DNA from: Acidimicrobiaceae bacterium
GTDB lineage: Bacteria > Actinomycetota > Acidimicrobiia > Acidimicrobiales > Aldehydirespiratoraceae
NCBI GenBank assembly: GCA_009842325.1
Contig: VYFQ01000016.1
Location: forward strand, 16,505 to 80,504
DNA length: 64,000 nucleotides
Reading direction: 5' to 3'
Position numbers and translations under genes: made by a program. The notes under the pieces were generated by a model. The model had not been told where the DNA came from. It ran no database searches and saw only the letters and a program-made list of their open reading frames with translations. Positions 27,895 to 37,005 of this stretch are shown in pieces (positions within the stretch are counted from its first letter, which is position 1; the number at the start of each line of letters is the position of its first letter).

Positions 27895-29145
27895 GTGCAC
27901 GATCGCTCCGGACCGGGTCGAGGCAGCCTCGTGAGGAGTTCGGGAAACCCTGCCGGGTTCACCGCCCTGGTGACGGCCTCCCTGCTGGTGACCGCGGCGG
28001 CCAACCTCAGCCCGACGCTGGTGAGCGCCCTGGCGGTCCAGATCCAGGACGACCTCGGTATAGGCGAGGCCGAGATCGGGATGACCGTGAGTGCCTTCTT
28101 CTTCGTAGGCGCCCTGACCTCGGCATTGTCCGGACGGATGGTGGAACGCATCGGGCCGACCACCGGGCTGCGCCTCTCCACCGCGGCGGCCGGTGCCGTC
28201 CTGGTCGTCACGGGCGTTCTGGGCCGGTCCTGGCTGGCGCTGATGATCCTCGTAGGTCTGGCCGGCCTGGCCAACTCATGGGGACAGCCGGCCGCCAACC
28301 TGTACGTGGCCAGGGGGGTCTCCAGCCGGCGCCAGGGACTCGCACTGGGCATCCAGAAAGCGGGAGTTCCGGCCGCCGCGCTGCTGGGCGGGCTGGCCAT
28401 CCCGACGGTCGGGCTGACGATCGGCTGGAGCTGGGCCTTCGTGCTGGGCGGGCTGCTCGCCTTCGCGGTGTCGCTGGGCGTGCCGGCCGTCGGCAGAAAG
28501 CCGCCCGCCACCAGTCTCCAGCGTGCCGTCACCGACCGTCCGCTGGTCCGGCCCCGCCCCGACGTCGCCATGCGGTTGCTGATCGCGGTGACCTGCTCCA
28601 CCTGCCTGGCCGCCATGGGCTCCATGGCCCTCAGCTCGTTCTTCGTGCTGTCGAGCGTGGAGATCGGCATCAACGAGGCTGCGGCCGGGATCCTGCTGAT
28701 GGCGGGAAGCGTGGTCGGGATCGCTTCGCGGCTCGCCATGGGAGCCAGCGCGGACCGGGCGTCGCTCAGCCCGTTCCACATGCTCACCGCGATGTTCGCG
28801 GTGGCTGCACTGGCCTTCGTGGGGCTGTCGACAGGATCCAAGGCGATGCTGTACGCGGCCATGCCGTTCGCCTTCGCGACCTCGTACGCCTGGCCGGGCC
28901 TGTTCCACCTGGCCACCGTTCGCTACAACCCGTCGGCACCGGGCGCGGCCACCGGCATCACCATGACGGGCAACTTCACCGGAGCGGTGTGCGGCCCGGT
29001 GCTGTTCGGTCTGCTGGTGGAGGCGACCAGCTACGGCTGGGCCTGGAGCTTCGCGGCCATCACCTCGGGCGCGGCCGCCGCCGTGATGGCAGTGACCGGC
29101 CGCCTGATCGACCGCCGTCCTGCTCAGGCAGCCAGAGCTCCGTAG
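27895..29145 (+). CDS. MFS transporter
   Basis: Listed ORF 27784..29145. I prefer the GTG at 27895 (GAGAGGA about 8 nt upstream) or the GTG at 27931, because 27827-27852 holds operator-like sites. The protein is polytopic. Confidence 0.7.
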   Translation: MHDRSGPGRGSLVRSSGNPAGFTALVTASLLVTAAANLSPTLVSALAVQIQDDLGIGEAEIGMTVSAFFFVGALTSALSGRMVERIGPTTGLRLSTAAAGAVLVVTGVLGRSWLALMILVGLAGLANSWGQPAANLYVARGVSSRRQGLALGIQKAGVPAAALLGGLAIPTVGLTIGWSWAFVLGGLLAFAVSLGVPAVGRKPPATSLQRAVTDRPLVRPRPDVAMRLLIAVTCSTCLAAMGSMALSSFFVLSSVEIGINEAAAGILLMAGSVVGIASRLAMGASADRASLSPFHMLTAMFAVAALAFVGLSTGSKAMLYAAMPFAFATSYAWPGLFHLATVRYNPSAPGAATGITMTGNFTGAVCGPVLFGLLVEATSYGWAWSFAAITSGAAAAVMAVTGRLIDRRPAQAARAP

Positions 29146-30224
29146 AGGCGTTCGGCGTTGCCGGCGAGGATGGCCTGCTTGTCGGAGTGAGCCAGGTCGG
29201 GGTTCTCCAGCAGCTCGCCGATCTCCTGGCGGCAGGTGTCCGCCGTGACCTCGTGGGGGAAGTCCGACGAGAACACCAGGGGCGCGCTGCCCACCAGCTC
29301 CACGAAGCGGGCCAGACCCAGCTCGTCGCCCTCGCAGCCCACGAACACCCGGCCCGCGTCGGCGTGGGCCAGCACGTAGTCGCTCACGCGTTCGCCCGGC
29401 TCCACCGCACAGAACCGCCCGGCCGGGTCGTGCTGGCTGAACGCGGCCCAGGAGTTGTCGAAGCGCTCCAGGCAGGTGACGAACCAATTGACGCCGCCCT
29501 CCAGGAAGGCGATGCGCAGCCCGGGATGGCGGTCGAGGATGCCGTTGGAGACGATCCCGGCCAGCGCGATCATCTGGCCCCACGGATGGCCCAGGGCATG
29601 CACGAACGGCCACACATCGAGATGGTCGATGCCGAAATTGGCGTGGCAGCCGCCGTGGACCGAGATGGCGCAGCCGAGCCGCTCGGCCTCGGCGTACACC
29701 GGCCAGTACTCCCGGGAGCCGAGATGTCCCTTCAGCCCGTTCGAGGGCAGCATGGCACCCACCAGACCGAGCTCGGTGACCGCCCGCTGAAGCTCCTCCA
29801 CGGCCGCGGCGGGGGTCTGGAGAGGCAGCAGGGCCATGCCGCTGAGCCGGTCGTCGGCTGAGGTGTGGGTGTCGCTGAGCCAGTCGTTGTAGGCCCGGGC
29901 CAGCGCCACCGCCACCTCGGGATAGTTGACCCTGCCGATCGACAGGCCTGCGGTGGGGTACAGCACCGCCGCGGAGATGCCGACCGTGTCGAGAAACTCG
30001 CGCCACTGCGGGGCCCGGACCCTCCCGGCCCGGTTGAAGCTGGCCGCGGAGTGCCGGAAGCTGGTGTGCACGTGGTCGAGCGGCGGGAACAGGCCCACCA
30101 CCGGAGGCACGAGTCCCACGCTGCGGGGCGTCTCCAGAGCCATCTCCCGATAGGTCGCGGGCAGGTACTCGAGGATCTCCGACGAGTCCTCCTGCACGTG
30201 GCCGTCGGCGTCGATCACCCTCAC
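29124..30224 (-). CDS. amidohydrolase-2 (ACMSD-like decarboxylase/hydratase) family protein
   Basis: The GTG at 30224 overlaps the upstream stop (GTGA). It begins VRVIDADGHV. It also has FSSDFPHE near the C-terminus and HGG..ANF in the middle. The listed 530-aa ORF has a spurious extension. Confidence 0.8.
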   Translation of the reverse strand: MRVIDADGHVQEDSSEILEYLPATYREMALETPRSVGLVPPVVGLFPPLDHVHTSFRHSAASFNRAGRVRAPQWREFLDTVGISAAVLYPTAGLSIGRVNYPEVAVALARAYNDWLSDTHTSADDRLSGMALLPLQTPAAAVEELQRAVTELGLVGAMLPSNGLKGHLGSREYWPVYAEAERLGCAISVHGGCHANFGIDHLDVWPFVHALGHPWGQMIALAGIVSNGILDRHPGLRIAFLEGGVNWFVTCLERFDNSWAAFSQHDPAGRFCAVEPGERVSDYVLAHADAGRVFVGCEGDELGLARFVELVGSAPLVFSSDFPHEVTADTCRQEIGELLENPDLAHSDKQAILAGNAERLYGALAA

Positions 30225-31195
30225 CGGGCCAGCCAGTCCAGGTAGTCGGCCACGGCCCGGCCCATCGGGTACTCCACCTTGTAGGAGAGGTCGCAGCGCG
30301 ACGCGGCCAGGTCCATGGGGCTGGTCGGGTTGCCGTACTTGGTCATCGAGTCCTCTTGGGTGACCTCGAGGTCGATCGGGCGACCCGCGGCCTGCTCGAT
30401 CTCGGAGATGATGGCCGCGATGGTGTGGAGCTCGCCCATGGTGGCGTTGTAGACCCGGTTGGGGACCTCGGGCGCGAAGGCCGCCCTCACCAGAGCCTGG
30501 GCGCCGTCGACGGAATACGTGTAGTCCATGCCCTGGCGGTGCAGATCGGGCTCGGCGATGCGATAGGTGCGCCCGAAGTGCGCGCATTCGATGAGCTGCT
30601 TCAGGAGCTTGCTGGGTCCGCCGCCGGGCACGCCGTGCCAGGGTCCGAACACGCCGCCGAAGCGCACCACCGCGGTGTCGAGCCCGTAGGAGTCGGTGTA
30701 GTTGTGGCACAGCCACTCCGAGGCCAGCTTCATCGACGCGTACAGCGACGGCGGATACTCGCTCACCACGCTGAGGGTGAAGTCCTCCACCGTGTCGTCG
30801 TCAGGGGCAACCCGGCGCCGGCCCATCGTCACCACCGTCGAGCTGCAGAACACCACCCGCTCCAGGCCCGCCATTCGAGCGGCCTCCAGCACGTTCATGG
30901 TGCCCATGACGTTGACCCTCACGCCAGACACCGGGCGGGGGATCAGGTCCCGGGTGAGCAGCGACGCCGTGTGGATGATGCGCTCGGTGCCGTGTTCCTC
31001 GATGGCTCGCAGCAGGTCGCCGATGTCGCCGATGTCGCCCTTGACGAGCTCCACCGAACCGCTGTCCAGCCGCTCGCTGAGGTTCCGCTCGCTGAAAGCG
31101 ATGTCGTAGAGGACGGGCCGCTCGCTCCGCTCCGAGACGATGCGGGCCGCGGCCAGCGAGCCGATCATGCCGGCGCCGGTGATCAGGGTGGTCAT
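30221..31195 (-). CDS. NAD-dependent epimerase/dehydratase family protein
   Basis: TLITGAGMIGS Rossmann motif and YASMK catalytic motif. Confidence 0.85.
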   Translation of the reverse strand: MTTLITGAGMIGSLAAARIVSERSERPVLYDIAFSERNLSERLDSGSVELVKGDIGDIGDLLRAIEEHGTERIIHTASLLTRDLIPRPVSGVRVNVMGTMNVLEAARMAGLERVVFCSSTVVTMGRRRVAPDDDTVEDFTLSVVSEYPPSLYASMKLASEWLCHNYTDSYGLDTAVVRFGGVFGPWHGVPGGGPSKLLKQLIECAHFGRTYRIAEPDLHRQGMDYTYSVDGAQALVRAAFAPEVPNRVYNATMGELHTIAAIISEIEQAAGRPIDLEVTQEDSMTKYGNPTSPMDLAASRCDLSYKVEYPMGRAVADYLDWLAR

Positions 31196-31315
31196 CGCTC
31201 GTCCTTCCTGCGCCTCTTCGGGCGGTGGGCGCGCCCGACTGTCTACCCGGCTGGGTTGCTCAGCTTCCTATCGGGATCGGCGAGCCTGTAACATCGGCCA
31301 CCCGCCCACGGAGGA

Positions 31316-31984
31316 TTGATCTTGAACGACAAGGACGGTGAGCAGCCTCTACGAGAAGTTGTCGCAGGCCAGCTTCGCCTGATGATCCTTGACGGGGAGC
31401 TGAAACCGGGCCAGCGGCTGGTCGAGGGTCAGCTCGCAGAGCGGCTGGGGGTGAGCCGCAACCCGGTGCGCGAAGCCATGCGATCGCTGGAGGCCACCGG
31501 CCTGATCGAGGTCGTGCCCCGGCGGGGCGCCCACGTGTGCGCCATCGACAAGTGCGAGGTCCACCACATCCAGCAGATCAGGATCCTGGTGGAGGGATAC
31601 GCCGTCGAGCAGGCCGCCATGCTCCAGGATCCCGACGCCATCGAGCGGATCCGGCAGTGCATGGAGGAGGGCCGGCAGGCGACCGAGCGGGGGGATGCGG
31701 TCACAGCCGCCCTGTGCCACCGCGAGTTCCACATCGCGGTGGAGAAGGCGGCCGGGATCCCCTTCCTGCAGCAGGTGCTCGACCCGCTCCGCCAGCAGAC
31801 CGAGCTGGTGTTCTCGGTGGTGACCGACAGCCGCGGCGACATCACCTGGGAAGAGCACGAAGACATCTACAACGCCATCGCATCGGGCGATCCCTCGCAG
31901 GCCAGGGAGATGAGCCGCAAGCACATCATGAACGCGCTGGAGTCGTTCCAGATGGCCATCGAGTCGACACCGGCGATCCTGTAG
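31316..31984 (+). CDS. GntR family transcriptional regulator, FadR subfamily (FCD domain)
   Basis: Winged-helix N-terminus (GQRLVEGQLAERLGVSRNPVREAMRSLEATGLIEVVPRRGAHV) and a helical FCD-like C-terminus (HREFHIAV ... HEDIYNAIASGD). TTG start with GGAGGA upstream. Confidence 0.85.
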   Translation: MILNDKDGEQPLREVVAGQLRLMILDGELKPGQRLVEGQLAERLGVSRNPVREAMRSLEATGLIEVVPRRGAHVCAIDKCEVHHIQQIRILVEGYAVEQAAMLQDPDAIERIRQCMEEGRQATERGDAVTAALCHREFHIAVEKAAGIPFLQQVLDPLRQQTELVFSVVTDSRGDITWEEHEDIYNAIASGDPSQAREMSRKHIMNALESFQMAIESTPAIL

Positions 31985-34594
31985 TTGACACGACAGCCGC
32001 CTGTAGCCGGGAGTGACCCGGCAGGCATCCACCAAGAGGCCAAGCGGTGGCTGGCCGCCGACCCCGATCCCGGGACGCGGGCCGAACTGCAAGACCTGCT
32101 GGCCGGCGACCCATCTGAGCTCGAACGCCGCTTCTCCGGGCGGCTCGCCTTCGGCACGGCCGGCATCCGGGGTCCGATGGGGGCCGGTCCGGCCTGCATG
32201 AACCGCTTACTGGTGAGGACTGTGACCTGGGCCCTGGCCGAGCGGCTGCTTCAGGACGGGCCGCCCGATGGAGCTGTGATCGTCGGACACGACGCTCGCC
32301 ATGGGAGCAAGGACTTCGCCACCGACACCGCCCGGGTTCTGGCAGGGCGGGGTATCGGCGTGAGGATGCTGCCGGGTGAGTTGCCCACGCCGGTGCTGGC
32401 CTTCGCGGTCAAGAATCTCGACGCGCCGGCCGGGGTGATGGTCACCGCCAGCCACAACCCGCGTTCCGACAACGGCTACAAGGTCTACTGGCGAGGCGGC
32501 CGCCTGCTGGCCGCACCGATCGACGAGGAGATCGGCCGGATCATCGACCGCACCGCCCCGCCGACGGAGTCCGACCTGGCCCCCGGCGACGATGCCCTCA
32601 TCACCGCGGCCGGCGACGAGGAGGTGGAGGCCTACCTGGAGGCGGTGATGGGCCTGCTGGCACCCGGAGGGCCCCGCTCGGTGCGAATGGCCTACACACC
32701 GCTTCACGGCGTGGGAGCCGACACGTTCCTTCGGGCCGTGTCCAAGGCGGGGTTCGACCCGCCGGCGCTGGTGGCCGATCAGGCCGAACCCGATCCCGAT
32801 TTCACCACCACGCCGTTCCCCAACCCCGAGGAGACCGGCGTCCTCGACCGGCTGCTGCGGCTGGCCTCCGACACGGGCGCGGACGTGGCCCTGGCCCACG
32901 ATCCCGACGCCGACCGGCTGGCGGTGGCTGTGCCGGACGGGGGGCGGTGGCGGCTGCTGACCGGCGACGAGACGGGCTGCCTTCTGGCCGAGCACCTGCT
33001 TCGCCGGTCCGCGCCCGGCAACGGCGGGGAGCATCGACGTCCGAGACTGGTCATCAACACGGTCGTGTCGTCGCGCCTTCTGCCCCGCATCGCAGCCGGT
33101 CACGGCGCGGACTGGGCCGAGACGCCCACCGGATTCAAATGGATCATGCAAGCCCGCTCGCAACGGCCGGACCACGAGTTGGTTCTGGGCTACGAGGACG
33201 CTCTCGGCTATGCGGTGGGCGATGCGGTCCGGGACAAGGACGGCATCGGCGCGGCACTGGCTATGGCCGAACTCGTGGCCCACCTCAAGACCGAGGGACG
33301 GACCCTTCCCGATCTGCTCGACGAGCTCCACCACCGCCACGGAGTTCACGCCACCGGGCAGCGCTCGGTCCGCTTCGAGGCGGCTCCCGGCGACGAGCCG
33401 CCGATGGCCCGCGCCATGGCTGCGCTGCGGGCGAGCACGCCGACGGAGCTGGCCCGAGCCGCGGTGACCACGGTGCACGACCTGGCCCGCGGGTCGGAGC
33501 ACCTGCCCCCCGTGGACGTAGTCGTTCTCGAGCTCTACGGCGCCGAGGCCAGGGTGATCGTCCGGCCGAGCGGCACCGAGCCGAAGATGAAGGTCTACGC
33601 CGAGGCCGTGGTCAACGTTGACGACGCCGGCGGGCTGCGTTCCGCCCGGGTCGAGGCCCGGACACGGATCACGGAACTGCTGGACGCGGCTGTGCGGTAT
33701 GTGGCCGATCCCGAGAGGCACGGGCGCGATGGCATCACCGCGGCGGACGAGGCTCCGTCGACAGGTAAGACTGCGACCGTGACGCGGACCGCGGAGCCCC
33801 CGGACGGATCCCGAGCAGACGGCATGCGACGAGCGGACGACCTGCGGCTGGTGGTGGCCTGCACCGACCTCACCACCCTGGAGGGCGACGACACACCCGG
33901 GCGCATCCGGGCGCTGTGCTCCCAGGCCCTGCGCCCCGATCCGGCCGATCCCACCGTGGGGCCGGTAGCCGCGGTGTGCGTGTACCCCGCGCTGGCTTCG
34001 CTGGCCGCCGAGCTGCTGGCGGGCACACCGGTGGCGGTGGCCAGCGTGGCCGGGGCCTTCCCCAGCGGTCTGTCGCCCCTGGAGGTTCGGGTGGCCGAGG
34101 TGCGGGCCGCGGTGGCCGCCGGCTCGCAGGAGATCGACACCGTGCTGAACCGCTCCGCCTTCCTGTCGGGCCGCAGCGACACCGCGGCGGCCGAGCTGCG
34201 GGCGCTGAAGGAGGCGGCCGGTGAGGCCCACTTCAAGGTGATCCTGGAGGTCTGCGAGCTCGGCTCGGCCGGCGCGATCGCCGAGGCGACCCGGCTGGCC
34301 ATCGACGCCGGCGCCGACATGGTCAAGACCTCCACCGGCAAGGGCGCCTCGGGCGCGTCGCCCGAAGCCGTGCTGACAATGGCCCGGACTGTTGCCGAGC
34401 ACCGCGCCGCCGGGGGCCGCCCAGTGGGCATCAAGGTGGCCGGCGGCGTTCGGACCGCGGCCGACGCTCTCACCTACGTCGACATCGTGCGCTCGGTCCT
34501 GGGAGAGGACTGGCTCACACCGGACCGCCTCCGCTTCGGTGCCTCCAGCCTGCTGGGCAGCGTGGTCGCCGCACTGGTCTCAGCCGCCGGCTAG
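31985..34594 (+). CDS. bifunctional phosphosugar mutase / deoxyribose-phosphate aldolase (DeoC) fusion
   Basis: The N-terminal ~560 aa is an alpha-D-phosphohexomutase fold (FGTAGIRG, TASHNPRSDNGYKVY, GDETG, RPSGTEPKMKVY). A ~50-aa linker follows. The C-terminal ~300 aa is DeoC-like (TDLTTLEGDDT, MVKTSTGKG, IKVAGGVRT). One continuous frame with no stop. Confidence 0.85.
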   Translation: MTRQPPVAGSDPAGIHQEAKRWLAADPDPGTRAELQDLLAGDPSELERRFSGRLAFGTAGIRGPMGAGPACMNRLLVRTVTWALAERLLQDGPPDGAVIVGHDARHGSKDFATDTARVLAGRGIGVRMLPGELPTPVLAFAVKNLDAPAGVMVTASHNPRSDNGYKVYWRGGRLLAAPIDEEIGRIIDRTAPPTESDLAPGDDALITAAGDEEVEAYLEAVMGLLAPGGPRSVRMAYTPLHGVGADTFLRAVSKAGFDPPALVADQAEPDPDFTTTPFPNPEETGVLDRLLRLASDTGADVALAHDPDADRLAVAVPDGGRWRLLTGDETGCLLAEHLLRRSAPGNGGEHRRPRLVINTVVSSRLLPRIAAGHGADWAETPTGFKWIMQARSQRPDHELVLGYEDALGYAVGDAVRDKDGIGAALAMAELVAHLKTEGRTLPDLLDELHHRHGVHATGQRSVRFEAAPGDEPPMARAMAALRASTPTELARAAVTTVHDLARGSEHLPPVDVVVLELYGAEARVIVRPSGTEPKMKVYAEAVVNVDDAGGLRSARVEARTRITELLDAAVRYVADPERHGRDGITAADEAPSTGKTATVTRTAEPPDGSRADGMRRADDLRLVVACTDLTTLEGDDTPGRIRALCSQALRPDPADPTVGPVAAVCVYPALASLAAELLAGTPVAVASVAGAFPSGLSPLEVRVAEVRAAVAAGSQEIDTVLNRSAFLSGRSDTAAAELRALKEAAGEAHFKVILEVCELGSAGAIAEATRLAIDAGADMVKTSTGKGASGASPEAVLTMARTVAEHRAAGGRPVGIKVAGGVRTAADALTYVDIVRSVLGEDWLTPDRLRFGASSLLGSVVAALVSAAG

Positions 34595-34608
34595 CTGACT
34601 CGTACCGC

Positions 34609-36141
34609 TCAGGTCCAGCGCTCGCGACCCCAGCGCTCCAGGGCGCTGGCCAGCTGGTAGGTGATCACCGCGAAGATCACCGCGATCACGATGGCCCCCC
34701 ACGCCTCCGAGTTCTCGAATGAGGCGCGGCTGGTGCTGAACAGGAAGCCCAGGCCCTTGGTTCCCATCAGCCACTCAGCCGTCAGCGCGGCGAGGAAGAC
34801 CGTCGACGCGGTGATGCGAACACCGGTGAGCACGTTGGGAACTGCCGAGGGGATCTCTAGCAGCAACACCCGGCGCCACCTCGAAGAGCCCAGCACCGAG
34901 TACACGCCGTCTGCGCCGGGCGGTCGGGCCCGCAGCCCGGACAGCGTGAAGACGTAGACGGGGAAGAACGCGATGACCGCGGCTATCACCAGCACGGTCA
35001 ACTGAGAGAACCCGAACAAGCGGGCGACCAGCGGGATCAGCACCACGATGGGAACCGTCGGCATGATCACCACGATCGGCGACAGGGTGTTGCGCAGTGG
35101 CAGCGACAGCGAGCTAAGCAGGGCGAGGGTCGTTCCCAGGGCCAGCCCCATCGACAGCCCACCAACGGCGGAGAGCAGCGTGGCCAGAGTGTGCTCGGCG
35201 TACAGTCCGGGGTTGTCGACCACCGCGCTCAGCGTCCTCGGCGGCGACGGGGCAACCAACTCTGGGACGCTCTCGATCGCGATCCAGAGCCACCATCCGA
35301 CTATCAGCAGGACCACCACCCATAGCTGGGACGCCAGGGAGCGAATCCGGCCAAGGCCCCGGCCGACACGATTGACTCCCCCAACCACCACCACCCGGCC
35401 GAAGATCTCCTCGACGAGCTTCTCGACGACGCCCATCAGCAGGTACGCGCCGCCTGCCAGCACCACCAGCACGACGGCCACAGCCCACAGTTGCTCCACC
35501 TGGAAGTTCCTCATGGCATTGAGCAGCAGCACGCCCAGGCCGCGCTCGGAGCCGAACCATTCGCCCAGCACCGCGCCCGACACCGCGGCCGGCGCGGCGA
35601 CGCGCAGGCCGTCTATGACATTGGGGATCGCGTTGGGCACCTGCAGCAGACCGAAGCGCTTGATCTTCGACGAGCCCAGAACGGAGAACACGTCGTGGGT
35701 CGACCTCGATCCGCTGGTGAACCCCGAGCCCGTGGCCACCAGGATGGTGAAGAACACGAACATGAGGGCGAACAGGACCGGAGTCTGCTGAGTGAAGCCC
35801 AAGGCGTTTATGACCGGCCCGAGCGCAATGGCGGGCACGGCGTGCACTACCACCGAGCCGGTGTAGGTGGCGTTCTCGAGGCGGGGAACCAGCAGCGCCA
35901 ACACGGCCAGGCCCATCGCGAGCAACGCGCCGAGAAGGTAGCCCCATGCGGCCCGTTCGAAGGTCGCGACCGCAGCCCGGCGGATCACATCGTCCTGCTC
36001 TCCGATCTTCGCGATGGCGTCCGACAGGGGCGGGAAGGTGCGGCCGAGCCATCCGTTGCGGCCGGCGGCCTCCCACAGGGCGAGGAAGCAGGCTGCGCCC
36101 CCGGTGCCGAGGACGATCCGGCTGCGGCCGAGGCCCCTCAC
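34609..36141 (-). CDS. ABC transporter permease, NitT/TauT family, tandem-duplicated (two permease domains fused)
   Basis: The GTG at 36141 overlaps the ATPase stop (GTGA). The 510-aa protein has two homologous halves. Each half contains VLGSS(K/R)..R..LL..P.A.PN...G(L/V)R. Confidence 0.8.
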   Translation of the reverse strand: MRGLGRSRIVLGTGGAACFLALWEAAGRNGWLGRTFPPLSDAIAKIGEQDDVIRRAAVATFERAAWGYLLGALLAMGLAVLALLVPRLENATYTGSVVVHAVPAIALGPVINALGFTQQTPVLFALMFVFFTILVATGSGFTSGSRSTHDVFSVLGSSKIKRFGLLQVPNAIPNVIDGLRVAAPAAVSGAVLGEWFGSERGLGVLLLNAMRNFQVEQLWAVAVVLVVLAGGAYLLMGVVEKLVEEIFGRVVVVGGVNRVGRGLGRIRSLASQLWVVVLLIVGWWLWIAIESVPELVAPSPPRTLSAVVDNPGLYAEHTLATLLSAVGGLSMGLALGTTLALLSSLSLPLRNTLSPIVVIMPTVPIVVLIPLVARLFGFSQLTVLVIAAVIAFFPVYVFTLSGLRARPPGADGVYSVLGSSRWRRVLLLEIPSAVPNVLTGVRITASTVFLAALTAEWLMGTKGLGFLFSTSRASFENSEAWGAIVIAVIFAVITYQLASALERWGRERWT

Positions 36142-36953
36142 AGCTCCGCTGGCGCGGTCGGCTCGTCGAGCGCAGCCACCAGCTGGTCGTGCAGCCGCTT
36201 GAACTCGTCGGTGTGCGACACCGCCTTGTGTCTGGGGCGCTCGAAGGGAGCCGCGACCTCCAGAATCACGCGTCCGGGCCGACGCGACATGACTGCCACG
36301 CGGTCGCCCAGCAGCAGCGCCTCCTCCACAGAGTGGGTAACGAGGACAGTCGTGATCTGCTGGCGGGACCACAGGTGCTGCAGTTCGAGGTTGAGCGCAC
36401 GGCGGGTCACTGCATCTAGGGCTCCGAAGGGCTCGTCGAGCAGCAGCACGCGAGGACCGAGCACCAGCGATCGGGCGATGGAAACACGCTGGCGCATGCC
36501 TCCTGACAAGTGCTTCGGCCGGGCCCGCTCAAAGCCGGTGAGGCCCACCAGCGCAATGAGCTCCGCCACCTTCGCCTGGTCCCTCGGCTCGCCCCGGATG
36601 CGGAAGGGCAGGCCGATGTTGGACTCCACCGAGAGCCACGGCATCAAGGCGTGATCCTGGAACGCCATGCCGATCCCGCCCTCCCGAACCGTCCGCCCGG
36701 GCGGTGCACCGAACACCGCCACCGAGCCGGACTCCGCAGTCTCGAGACCGGCCGCCAGACGCAACGCGGTGGACTTGCCGCAGCCGGAGGGACCGATCAA
36801 GGCCACAAACTCACCGTCGCCGACACCCAGATCGAAGCCCTCCAGAGCCGTCACCGACTCTCCGCGGCGGACCTCATAACGCTTGGTCACATCTCGCAGC
36901 CCTATGGCGCGGTCGCCGAGGCCCGGTGTTCCGTTTGTGCTGCTGTCGACCAT
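36138..36953 (-). CDS. ABC transporter ATP-binding protein, NitT/TauT family
   Basis: ATG at 36953. Walker A GPSGCGKST, signature [14 protein letters not shown], Walker B LLLDEPFGALD. Confidence 0.9.
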   Translation of the reverse strand: MVDSSTNGTPGLGDRAIGLRDVTKRYEVRRGESVTALEGFDLGVGDGEFVALIGPSGCGKSTALRLAAGLETAESGSVAVFGAPPGRTVREGGIGMAFQDHALMPWLSVESNIGLPFRIRGEPRDQAKVAELIALVGLTGFERARPKHLSGGMRQRVSIARSLVLGPRVLLLDEPFGALDAVTRRALNLELQHLWSRQQITTVLVTHSVEEALLLGDRVAVMSRRPGRVILEVAAPFERPRHKAVSHTDEFKRLHDQLVAALDEPTAPAEL

Positions 36954-37005
36954 TCGACCCCCCGTCGATTTGGACTGATCCGGCCCCGCCGGACCCTTGA
37001 ACCGG

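Noticed and set aside
24047-27934. 748-aa (24047..26293) and 546-aa (26294..27934) plus-strand ORFs.
   Set aside because: They are antisense to two aldehyde dehydrogenases and the PqqC-like gene. The composition is Gly/Arg/His-rich and motif-free.
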